38,832 nucleotides of DNA from a virus (taxonomy: Duplodnaviria; Caudoviricetes), in IMG/VR virus record IMGVR_UViG_3300046779_001880, positions 1 through 38,832 of that record; one strand, 5' to 3'. Positions 8,693-16,579 of the stretch are shown here, piece by piece (the stretch's first letter is position 1; each line of letters starts with the position of its first letter). Both the position numbers and the translations under genes were made by a program. A model generated the notes under the pieces. It was given only the letters and a program-made list of their open reading frames with translations. It had not been told where the DNA came from and searched no databases.

Positions 8693-8987
8693 TTGTTTGA
8701 CCACCTAAGATCGGAATTGCTATTGACCCTGAGTGTTCTGTAGATTGTTTAGGCATACCTTCCATTCTATTCATAATCTCCTTCTGTGCGCCTAACGACC
8801 CATTGATTGCATCTATCCATAGACGTTTTGATACAAGGTCTTTGAACTTCTGACCACTTTTTACTTCAGTCTCCTCGCCCACTTTTTCAAGAAGCCCAGC
8901 CCATGTCCATTCTTTTTTAGGGCGACCACCTGGATTGCCTGATTGTCCTGGTTTGAATGATGTTGATACTGGATTGTGATTTGTCAT
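8637..8987 (-). CDS. terS: Terminase small subunit
   Basis: FKPGQSGNPGGRPK motif (DUF5681-type) immediately upstream of terL. Confidence 0.75.
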   Translation of the reverse strand: MTNHNPVSTSFKPGQSGNPGGRPKKEWTWAGLLEKVGEETEVKSGQKFKDLVSKRLWIDAINGSLGAQKEIMNRMEGMPKQSTEHSGSIAIPILGGQTNVHTHNSNEAPDETPQEN

Positions 8988-9490
8988 TTGTCTGTTTTTT
9001 GTCTGTTTTTAACGAGATTATCGTACCTCTTCCGAGTCACATCGTGCAACCTGTGGCATGTTGGACACAGTCGCATCCAATCATATCTATCTCGTTTATA
9101 TTCTCCACTTTTATTAGCCCAATTCATATTTTTACTTTTCCCTACGGATCCACATTTCTCGCATGTATCTGGAGTTCCGTAATTAGTATAAAGCCATTTG
9201 TGTAATCCTGAATAACTTACCTTATCACCTTTCCATGCCGTTGACTCTTCTCCTGTCTTATATCTATATGCAATGTTACGACATTCTAGGTTGCAATACG
9301 TTTTGTTTTCAGACTTAGTTGTCCTAATCGCATGTCCACAGTTCTTGCAATTATTATAGATAGTGGCTCTTTTTGACCAACACTCTTTCGAGCAATACTT
9401 TGCTAATCTTCTTTTTTCACTTCCAAATTTACCGTTAATGTCTTTGATTCCATAAAAGATTCGTCCGCAAACTTGACAGGTATGTTGCAT
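8984..9490 (-). CDS. HNH-type homing endonuclease with Zn-binding repeats
   Basis: CxxC...YCSKEC repeats; WKGDKVSYSGLHKW..CEKCG..WANKSGEY..WMRLCPTCHRLHD. Confidence 0.75.
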   Translation of the reverse strand: MQHTCQVCGRIFYGIKDINGKFGSEKRRLAKYCSKECWSKRATIYNNCKNCGHAIRTTKSENKTYCNLECRNIAYRYKTGEESTAWKGDKVSYSGLHKWLYTNYGTPDTCEKCGSVGKSKNMNWANKSGEYKRDRYDWMRLCPTCHRLHDVTRKRYDNLVKNRQKTDK

Positions 9491-10728
9491 GGCTTTCCGT
9501 CTGCGTCTATTATCTTGCTGGCTCGTTGTCCCGTGAATTTCATCCATCTCTTTATTATAACATCTATGTACTTGGGATCAATCTCAAGTCCGAAATTTAT
9601 TCTATTGGTTTGTTCACAGGCGATGAGGGTAGAGCCTGAGCCAAGGAAGAGGTCTAAACATATACTATTTTCTGTATAACCATGTTTGATAAATTTAGCG
9701 GGTAATCCTACAGGAAATGTGGCATTGTGTATTTTGCTATTCTCGTTTTCTCTGCTTGCGGAATTAGTCTCTATGTAATTACTAAAATTACCCCTGAATT
9801 CTTTATTTCCCCAACTTCTCGAATTATTATCATTGCCAAAAAGCACTATAACTTCAACCTGACTATTGGCAACATTTTTAGCCATTGCAGGTTGCACCTG
9901 CAATTTTTTCCAATAGAATATATCTTTGAATTTATCAGATAATTCTGCAAGCCATAGTAAAACCTGACGTTTATTATTTGCCAATAATTGAATATTTACA
10001 AAAACATCTTTTGCATTGTCTAAACTTAATTGAGTGCTTTTAACTATTAAGTCTATATAATCATCCAAATCATCGTTGCTATTTATATATTTGCTTTTTT
10101 TGTTTTTATATCCCAAATTATGACCTACATTATAAGGTGGCGAAGTAAAAGAAATATCAGCTTTCTTGCCGTCCATCAACCGCTCTACATCCTCAATCTT
10201 CGTACTATCCCCACACATGATTCTGTGTCGCCCTAACTGATACACCTCGCCTAGTTTACTCTCAGGCTCGCCCTCTGCGACTGCGGGTGGTTCGTCTTCC
10301 TCAACCTCCTTAAATGAGTCCATAAGGTCAGAGACTATCTCTGGCTCTTTTATGTCTACGGAATAATCCGCCCACTCAACCTCTGGGAAGTTACCTATCA
10401 GGTTAGCAAGTTGATCCGCTTCGTATTTTCCCACACGGTCATTATCACTGAGCGCATATTCAATCTTCTCTTCCTCAGTCTTTGCTTTGACTACGGATAC
10501 CCATACTTTCTTCTCTCCCATTTGTTGTAGTGCTTGGAGTCTCATGTTACCGCCTAAAACTGTTCCGTCTTCGGTTATGAGTAATGGTTTATATACGCCA
10601 AGTTTCTTTATTTGCTTGATGAGACGCTCTAATCCTTGTTTAGTGACAGTTCTGGGGTTGTGTTCCCAATTGTGTAGTGTATTGACATCACGAAATGTGG
10701 CAGGAGTGGAAGGTTTGGTATCACTCAT
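9403..10728 (-). CDS. ParB/Srx-like N-terminal domain fused to a beta-class DNA amino-methyltransferase (N4-C/N6-A)
   Basis: NPR..GVYKPLLI..GGNMRLQA..DNDR; HRIMCGDS; FTSPPYN precedes HNATFP and DLFLGSGST, EIDPKY. Confidence 0.9.
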   Translation of the reverse strand: MSDTKPSTPATFRDVNTLHNWEHNPRTVTKQGLERLIKQIKKLGVYKPLLITEDGTVLGGNMRLQALQQMGEKKVWVSVVKAKTEEEKIEYALSDNDRVGKYEADQLANLIGNFPEVEWADYSVDIKEPEIVSDLMDSFKEVEEDEPPAVAEGEPESKLGEVYQLGRHRIMCGDSTKIEDVERLMDGKKADISFTSPPYNVGHNLGYKNKKSKYINSNDDLDDYIDLIVKSTQLSLDNAKDVFVNIQLLANNKRQVLLWLAELSDKFKDIFYWKKLQVQPAMAKNVANSQVEVIVLFGNDNNSRSWGNKEFRGNFSNYIETNSASRENENSKIHNATFPVGLPAKFIKHGYTENSICLDLFLGSGSTLIACEQTNRINFGLEIDPKYIDVIIKRWMKFTGQRASKIIDADGKPCNIPVKFADESFMESKTLTVNLEVKKED

Positions 10729-10774
10729 AAACTTAGTATATCATACTTGTGTATAGTGGTATTTTAATACCCTT

Positions 10775-11230
10775 TTACCCAATTTGAATGAGCAGATCAT
10801 GTATTCTTTTTTTGATAATTTCTAAATCTAAATCAAAGAACTCATATCTTCTTGCCTTTTCTTTCATTTTGTCAAACTCATCGCCTATTTGACTCTTACA
10901 CCAATCTTCAAAAACAAAGGGATAATAGTTGTGCATTTTGTTACACGCCGAGCATTGTGGGTAGCAGTTTCTCTCGTCCCACTTGAACTCCTTGACTGCT
11001 CTTGATATCACATGTCCTGCGGTAATATCTGATGAGCATGTCCATCGTTTCGCTGTCTGTCGGAGTACGCAATCCCCTTTGCTTCGTATGTATTTTTGAA
11101 AGACTTGGGTTAAGATAGCTTCATAGGTTGATTTTTCTGCTCTACGTTTTCCGCTATCTATCATTTTGAGAGCCGATAAGGCATTGTCGTAGGTTTTAAT
11201 TCGTGAAGGCTTAATCCATTTGGGCTTCAT
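10775..11230 (-). CDS. NinG/Rap-like recombination endonuclease
   Basis: FQKYIR..C..C..AGHVISR..WDERNCYPQCSACN. Confidence 0.75.
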   Translation of the reverse strand: MKPKWIKPSRIKTYDNALSALKMIDSGKRRAEKSTYEAILTQVFQKYIRSKGDCVLRQTAKRWTCSSDITAGHVISRAVKEFKWDERNCYPQCSACNKMHNYYPFVFEDWCKSQIGDEFDKMKEKARRYEFFDLDLEIIKKRIHDLLIQIG

Positions 11231-11237
11231 TTTACAC

Positions 11238-11388
11238 ATGGTACATTATGTGGTATTATTTTTCAACCTCTCTAGTAACTTCTACGTAAGTGGCTCGGGA
11301 GGATTTTATTGCTGTAGACCAATGCATTATTTAGGATATTTTTGAGGCTAATTTGCCTCTTTACAAGTCAGAAATAATAGGTTACTAT
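11238..11388. promoter_or_regulatory. Divergent promoter region
   Basis: Minus: TTGAAA(11266)-17-TACCAT(11243); plus: TTTACA(11360)-17-TACTAT(11383). Confidence 0.55.
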
Positions 11389-11412
11389 TGTTTTGTTACA
11401 TTTTTTTGAATT

Positions 11413-11622
11413 ATGGATATTGAACTACAAGCTAAACTTCTGAAACTAAAGGGCTACCTGAACGAAATCAACCATATTTCGTATACCTACGCACAGATAG
11501 GCAAGAATAATCCTATGAACTATTTATCTGAAGATAGCGCAAGAAAAATGATTGCTGTCTATGAAGACTTGCTGAAACAGGTTAAAAGTTTAATTTTGAA
11601 TTATGAACAGTCCGCAGATTGA
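11413..11622 (+). CDS. Hypothetical protein
   Basis: First ORF of the rightward operon. Confidence 0.6.
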   Translation: MDIELQAKLLKLKGYLNEINHISYTYAQIGKNNPMNYLSEDSARKMIAVYEDLLKQVKSLILNYEQSAD

Positions 11623-12346
11623 ACGTGGATACCTACGTATAGCTTCGGGGAGTGAGGATAATGACATATTACTTGCTTTAATCAAAGCAAATCTCAATGG
11701 CACAGAATATCAGATCATGCTTTTTGTGATTAGAAAAACATGGGGATACAATAAGAAAGATGATTGGATAAGTCTAAGTCAATTTCAAGAGTCTACGGGA
11801 AAGTCAAGAAAGCATATTATCAAAGCCATAAGTGGACTAGTTACCAAAAGGTTACTAGTGAAGAAAAATATACTAGGTAAAACAACGACATATAGCCCCA
11901 ACAAAGACTTCACCTTATGGAGTACACTAGTTACCAAAAGTACACCCGTTACCAAAAGGTTACAGACTAGTGTACTTTCTGACACCCGACTAGTTACCAA
12001 AAGGTTACCCACAAAAGATATATATACAAAAGACAATACTACAAAAGATATAGCGACCAAGGTCGCAAACCTAAATGAGTTTATGGATATGTTCAAAGAA
12101 GTCAATCCTAACCATGAACGATTGTTCGGGAATAAAACACAGCGAGCTTCCCTCGAAAGAATGATAACGAAGTTTGGGGTTGAAAAAATGACTAACCTAC
12201 TCACACAGCTTCCCTCTATTCTTAGTAGACCTTATGCACCGCAGATCAGCACACCGACAGAACTAGAAACTAAAATGGGTAAACTCATTCAATTTTATAA
12301 TCAAGAGAAGTTAAAAATTGCCAAAAATGGCGCAACAAAAATATGA
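11603..12346 (+). CDS. Lambda O-like replication initiator
   Basis: LNGTEYQIMLFVIRKTWGYNKKDDWISLSQF N-terminal domain; internal iterons. Confidence 0.85.
   Translation: MNSPQIERGYLRIASGSEDNDILLALIKANLNGTEYQIMLFVIRKTWGYNKKDDWISLSQFQESTGKSRKHIIKAISGLVTKRLLVKKNILGKTTTYSPNKDFTLWSTLVTKSTPVTKRLQTSVLSDTRLVTKRLPTKDIYTKDNTTKDIATKVANLNEFMDMFKEVNPNHERLFGNKTQRASLERMITKFGVEKMTNLLTQLPSILSRPYAPQISTPTELETKMGKLIQFYNQEKLKIAKNGATKI
11836..12050 (+). repeat. Putative replication origin: four GTTACCAAAAG iterons plus three ACAAAAGA AT-rich repeats
   Basis: GTTACCAAAAG at 11840, 11930, 11948, 11993; ACAAAAGA at 12011, 12026, 12041. Confidence 0.8.
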
Positions 12347-12582
12347 AACTATCCGAAGTACCCGAACAGTACAAGATTTACACGCTTGTTATGTCCAGTA
12401 AAACCGAGTATGAGGTGAATGGAGTACAAAAATTAAACATCATAAATGCCCCGACCAATTGGGTAGAGCTTCCTAACGGAAGTACAATTAACAAGGCGTT
12501 TGGGATCGAGTTTAGATTAGACTATGAAAAGACGAAAGAAAATATACGAGAAAATATAGAAAGCATAAAAAGGTTGTCCTAG
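12343..12582 (+). CDS. Hypothetical protein
   Basis: ATGA-coupled to the initiator. Confidence 0.65.
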   Translation: MKLSEVPEQYKIYTLVMSSKTEYEVNGVQKLNIINAPTNWVELPNGSTINKAFGIEFRLDYEKTKENIRENIESIKRLS

Positions 12583-12591
12583 TAACATAAT

Positions 12592-12626
12592 TTGCCTATT
12601 GCAAATGGTATCATATGTATTATAAT
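12592..12626 (+). promoter_or_regulatory. Putative early promoter
   Basis: TTGCCTA-TTGCAA-16-TATAAT; near-duplicate at 15003-15036. Confidence 0.7.
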
Positions 12627-12646
12627 AGAATTGTTAAAAGTTAATT

Positions 12647-12874
12647 ATGAATATGAACTTCACACACACCGATACATACGACCACAGAGGTATGCACATA
12701 GAACACACCACCATTTGTCTTTGTAATGATTGTACGCATACAATCATGGTTGATTACGAAAAAGAGACTTTGTACTGCTCTGATTGTGGTGCGACAAGGA
12801 AAATGCTCACATATCACCACATGCTTACGGAAGCGGAAAATATTGAAAGTTGGTTACTCAAGCCCGGACTATGA
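12647..12874 (+). CDS. Small Zn-ribbon protein
   Basis: CLCNDC...YCSDCG. Confidence 0.6.
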   Translation: MNMNFTHTDTYDHRGMHIEHTTICLCNDCTHTIMVDYEKETLYCSDCGATRKMLTYHHMLTEAENIESWLLKPGL

Positions 12875-12948
12875 ACCTATTTTACGATTTCATAATCTTA
12901 TATATTATTGTTGGTTGTATTATTTATAAATTGTATTTCAAAAAATGA
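12871..12948 (+). CDS. 25-aa hydrophobic micropeptide
   Basis: MNLFYDFIILYIIVGCIIYKLYFKK; ATGA overlaps at both ends. Confidence 0.5.
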   Translation: MNLFYDFIILYIIVGCIIYKLYFKK

Positions 12949-13619
12949 ACACATCACTCGTATCGTATGTCAATCTTAAAAATCTAAAGATTGCAAAAGA
13001 ACAGGCGGATAGAGATAAGTTTCTAAAAGTTCTTAATCAAAATCCACCCTCCAAATGGGTAAAGGTTCACCCGATTGCAAATATTGAGTATATCCCGATT
13101 GAAATAATCGAGAACACGATGACCATGCTGTTTCAAGATTGGCATGTTGAAGTCTTACAGGTTCAACAAATCTTAAACTCTGTGGCAGTAACAGTTCGTG
13201 TCCATTATCGGGATCCTTTGAGCAGAGAGATGAGATTTCAAGACGGAGTAGGGGCAGTCCCGGCTCAATCAGAGAAAGGCACAGCACTTTCAATCTCAAC
13301 CATTCGAGCAAATGCGATACAGATTGGATTGCCTGCAGCTAAATCATTTGCCATTAAAGACGCTGTTGAACATATCGGGAAGCTATTTGGTAGAGATATT
13401 GGCAGAAAAAACGCCCTAGACTTCACTCCGAGATACATTGAGGGGGGTGACAACCTCAAATCACCCGAAGACGCTAGAATACGGCAATTTATCGCAAATT
13501 CGACTACTTCTGAACAACTGACAAGCATTGAAGGCCAGCTCATAGCGGAGGGAGTACATACATCGGAATACGGAATACTTATTGCTGAAAAGTTGAAAGA
13601 GATTGATAGAGTAAGCTAA
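12945..13619 (+). CDS. Sak/Rad52-like single-strand annealing protein
   Basis: YIPIEII..LFQDWHVEV..VTVRV..QDGVGA..AAKSFAIKDA..IGKLFG. Confidence 0.75.
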   Translation: MNTSLVSYVNLKNLKIAKEQADRDKFLKVLNQNPPSKWVKVHPIANIEYIPIEIIENTMTMLFQDWHVEVLQVQQILNSVAVTVRVHYRDPLSREMRFQDGVGAVPAQSEKGTALSISTIRANAIQIGLPAAKSFAIKDAVEHIGKLFGRDIGRKNALDFTPRYIEGGDNLKSPEDARIRQFIANSTTSEQLTSIEGQLIAEGVHTSEYGILIAEKLKEIDRVS

Positions 13620-13620
13620 T

Positions 13621-13655
13621 TTGCCTATTTACAACTATAATATATTTGTTATAAT
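13621..13655 (+). promoter_or_regulatory. Putative early promoter
   Basis: TTGCCTA-TTTACA-16-(TGt)TATAAT. Confidence 0.65.
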
Positions 13656-13668
13656 GAATTATTACAAA

Positions 13669-14340
13669 ATGAAAATACGTTGTTCATCACTCGGAAGATT
13701 CATGGGGGGTTGGGAGAAACCTAGAGAGGCATTATCAGAAGATGCAAAGTCTTTACTCCTTGAAATGGCTATCCGGGAGAAATATAACCGCGAACTTATT
13801 ATCGACTCAAAGGAAATGCAGAAAGGTAGAGAGGTTGAGGAATTGTCAATCACCCTACTTTCAGATGTGAAAGGTAAACTCTATATCAAAAATAGAGAAC
13901 ACCTAGAGAATGATTTTATTACTGGCACACTAGACTTGAAGGCTGACGATTGCGTAACTGATATCAAATCACCTTTTAATCTATTCACGTTTGCCAAAGC
14001 AGATCTGGACTCCGCCTATGCATGGCAACTTACAGGTTATATGTGGCTGGCTAATAAATCTAGAGCCGAATTGGCATATTGTTTAGTGAATACACCCGAA
14101 CATCTTATCTTTGATGAGTTAAAGCGTATGTGCTATATGACTAATACGTTCAAGGAACAAGAACATGAATATGGAGAGTTAGAGGAAAAAGTAAGACAAA
14201 ACATGACCTACAACGATATCCCGAAAGAGAAACGAGTAAAGATATTCGAAGTGTTAAGGGATGAGTCAAAGATCGAAATGATAAAAGCTAAACACGTTCT
14301 AGCAACAGAGTATTACAATTCTATTATCAGTTCTATATAA
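13669..14340 (+). CDS. YqaJ/lambda-exonuclease-like PD-(D/E)XK nuclease
   Basis: IRCSSLG, MQKGREVE, ITGTLD, DIKS, YAWQLTGYMWL. Confidence 0.8.
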   Translation: MKIRCSSLGRFMGGWEKPREALSEDAKSLLLEMAIREKYNRELIIDSKEMQKGREVEELSITLLSDVKGKLYIKNREHLENDFITGTLDLKADDCVTDIKSPFNLFTFAKADLDSAYAWQLTGYMWLANKSRAELAYCLVNTPEHLIFDELKRMCYMTNTFKEQEHEYGELEEKVRQNMTYNDIPKEKRVKIFEVLRDESKIEMIKAKHVLATEYYNSIISSI

Positions 14341-14342
14341 CT

Positions 14343-14759
14343 ATGGAAGTACCAAAAAACTTTTCATTCTACGGAGTGAAAAAAACCTTACCGCAAGGTG
14401 AGTATGAGGGAGTAATTGCAGAGTTCATCTTTGCGGAGAAAACATCAAAGGCAGGAAACCCCTACACAACACTATCTGTTAAGGTAGATGTGAATGGTGG
14501 GATATTTATTGTCAATCTGTCTTTAGACCCGAAAGAAAAAGGCAAGGCAACTAATAGGCTTATTATGCAGTTAGTTGATCAGACCGGAAAGACCGAGCAA
14601 GAAATAATTGACATGTGCCAAGTTCCCAATGATTTCTTTAGGTTGGCAGAGGGTAAAACAATCAAACTCACGTCAACTGAAAAGGGATATATTGATGTGA
14701 GTGGTGATGATATGCCTGTTTCAAAAGAAGTTGTAAATCCTAATGACATACCATTCTAA
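14343..14759 (+). CDS. SSB-like protein
   Basis: LPQGEYEGVI..SKAGNPY; acidic C-terminal DIPF; follows annealase and exonuclease. Confidence 0.65.
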   Translation: MEVPKNFSFYGVKKTLPQGEYEGVIAEFIFAEKTSKAGNPYTTLSVKVDVNGGIFIVNLSLDPKEKGKATNRLIMQLVDQTGKTEQEIIDMCQVPNDFFRLAEGKTIKLTSTEKGYIDVSGDDMPVSKEVVNPNDIPF

Positions 14760-14760
14760 T

Positions 14761-14994
14761 ATGAGCTCTTTAATTCAAACAGGAATAGTCGTGAAGATGA
14801 TTATTGATAAAGAGGGAAGATCGGAGGGGTATGCACGACAGATAATATTTCGTGCCGTAAGAAACGGAAGTTTGAAGGTATATAAAAAACAGTTGAAGTT
14901 TGGCACTCGTTTGATAAATCTCTTTGAACCCGATACTGTTTCTCAATGGTTAGATACACGAAAACAATATAAGTCAAAAAAGGTTGATGTATAG
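14761..14994 (+). CDS. Small basic DNA-binding protein (Xis/wHTH-like)
   Basis: RQIIFRAVRNGSL...LFEPDTVSQWL pattern. Confidence 0.45.
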   Translation: MSSLIQTGIVVKMIIDKEGRSEGYARQIIFRAVRNGSLKVYKKQLKFGTRLINLFEPDTVSQWLDTRKQYKSKKVDV

Positions 14995-15002
14995 GGATAA
15001 AA

Positions 15003-15036
15003 TGCCTATTGCAAATGGTATTATATGTGTTACTAT
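15003..15036 (+). promoter_or_regulatory. Putative early promoter
   Basis: TGCCTA-TTGCAA-16-(TGt)TACTAT. Confidence 0.7.
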
Positions 15037-15068
15037 TAAACTAGATACCGCACGTTAAAAAGGGGACA

Positions 15069-15159
15069 GGGCTAGGCGATAAATCCATAAGAAGAAACGT
15101 AGTAGCTGATACACAAATATCGGTGAATGAAACGCAATCGGAGGTGTAAGTCCTAGCCT
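15069..15159 (+). ncRNA. Candidate structured leader RNA
   Basis: GGGCTAGG / CCTAGCCT closing stem with internal CTGATA/TATCGG hairpin, in a long non-coding leader. Confidence 0.3.
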
Positions 15160-15183
15160 ATTTTATAAATTATATTTTGAATA

Positions 15184-15420
15184 ATGAAAACTCAAACAAG
15201 AAAGGTTTTAGAGGTAATGCAGGCAAACCTGAAACAATGGAAACCCTCCTACTTTTATGTAGGAGTACGGAAAGGAATTGACGGACAGGTATTTCTTTCA
15301 TATAAGGCACCAGCGAGATTGTCGGAAATATACCGAGATTTCCCGGATCATGTTGAAAGAGATTTGGTTGAAGGTACGAGGTATTTTCAATATAAGTTGG
15401 TTAAGAAAATTATAAAATGA
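15184..15420 (+). CDS. Hypothetical protein (possible wHTH)
   Basis: TQTRKVLEVM...ARLSEI. Confidence 0.6.
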   Translation: MKTQTRKVLEVMQANLKQWKPSYFYVGVRKGIDGQVFLSYKAPARLSEIYRDFPDHVERDLVEGTRYFQYKLVKKIIK

Positions 15421-16061
15421 AAAAATCCACAGTAGCATTAACCTTGTTAGGTGTGGTAATTGTGTTAGCTATGGTGTTAGCCTATGTAATTCAATGGGCT
15501 ATGAAAGTTGAATACATACAATCACCCATAGTGATATCCACTCAAAAGATGATCATTTATCGGAGTGAGGTGAAAGAATACAAACACAACCTCATGAAAC
15601 AGAAAGCGAATGAGGGGATACGTTTTATTGACGAGTTTTGGCAGGAATACCCCGACATGCGACCAACGGAGGTAGTTACCCCCTCCCCCACCCCTAAAGT
15701 TCAAGGAAAGGGCGAAAAAATAAAGATTTCGGGTACTGTGGAGTCGTTTCCTAAGTTCTTGACCGATGAGGGATTTGATAATAGACAGAAAGCTCTTGAA
15801 TGGCTATCTCAAAAGTATTCAGAAAATGAGGTCGTGGCTTTCGACAACATTCTTAAAAAGGAGTCCGGATATCGCACAACTGCCTTGAATGAGATAGGCG
15901 CAGGGGGGATATGTCAGGCATATCCACATACAAAAATGCCATGTGAGCTATCACCTGAAGCGCTTATGTGTCAGCTCGAATGGTGTGATACCTATATTGC
16001 CAATCGTTATGGTTCGCCGTTGAAAGCATGGGAGTTTCATATTACAAATAATTGGTTTTAA
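15417..16061 (+). CDS. Membrane-anchored lytic transglycosylase-like (SLT/Apf C-terminal type) protein
   Basis: N-terminal TM helix; ILKKESGY..A.N..GAGGICQA..QLEWCDTYIANRYGSPLKAWEFH...NWF. Confidence 0.8.
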   Translation: MKKSTVALTLLGVVIVLAMVLAYVIQWAMKVEYIQSPIVISTQKMIIYRSEVKEYKHNLMKQKANEGIRFIDEFWQEYPDMRPTEVVTPSPTPKVQGKGEKIKISGTVESFPKFLTDEGFDNRQKALEWLSQKYSENEVVAFDNILKKESGYRTTALNEIGAGGICQAYPHTKMPCELSPEALMCQLEWCDTYIANRYGSPLKAWEFHITNNWF

Positions 16062-16064
16062 TCT

Positions 16065-16328
16065 ATGAAAATGTCACAGAAAGCACTCGTGATCGCCACA
16101 GTAGCCATTCTTATTCTATCCATAATGGCAGGAATGACAGGTATGCAGATGTTACCTTTTGTAATCTTAGGATACCTAATCTATAAGACTGCCAATGGAA
16201 AACCAATGAATGCTTGGATAATTGCTTTGTCAATGTTTATGGTGTTCATAAATCTATTTGTGGGAGAGCCTTCATGGATAGACGGAGTGATTTGGATATT
16301 ATTCATTTTCACATATTGGAAAGAATGA
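16065..16328 (+). CDS. Small multi-pass membrane protein
   Basis: 3-4 hydrophobic segments. Confidence 0.7.
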   Translation: MKMSQKALVIATVAILILSIMAGMTGMQMLPFVILGYLIYKTANGKPMNAWIIALSMFMVFINLFVGEPSWIDGVIWILFIFTYWKE

Positions 16329-16525
16329 CCAACCTTGAATCAATGCGCAGATGTCTGAACTTGATGAACGACCCCGATATGCCTGACGATATTAAAGAGG
16401 AAGCATGGAAAAAGCTGAACGACATTATAAGTTCCCCAAACCATATGAAGAAAGTAAAAAAGGTCAGCAAGCTCAAGGGAGCAAAGACTGCCAAAGCGAA
16501 AAAAGCGGTGAAGAAAAAGAAATGA
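16325..16525 (+). CDS. Small protein with Lys/Ala-rich C-terminal tail
   Basis: ATGA-coupled; ends KKVKKVSKLKGAKTAKAKKAVKKKK. Confidence 0.5.
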   Translation: MTNLESMRRCLNLMNDPDMPDDIKEEAWKKLNDIISSPNHMKKVKKVSKLKGAKTAKAKKAVKKKK

Positions 16526-16579
16526 CCTCACTCTGCTTCTCAATCTTGGGGAGCAGGAATGAGAACATTTACAAATAGA

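Noticed and set aside
11836-12050. CRISPR-like or DGR repeats
   Set aside because: Short, irregularly spaced and in frame within the initiator; no cas or reverse transcriptase genes; fits iterons
15130-15160. Functional tRNA gene
   Set aside because: Lacks the TTC T-loop and a full cloverleaf; kept only as an ncRNA candidate
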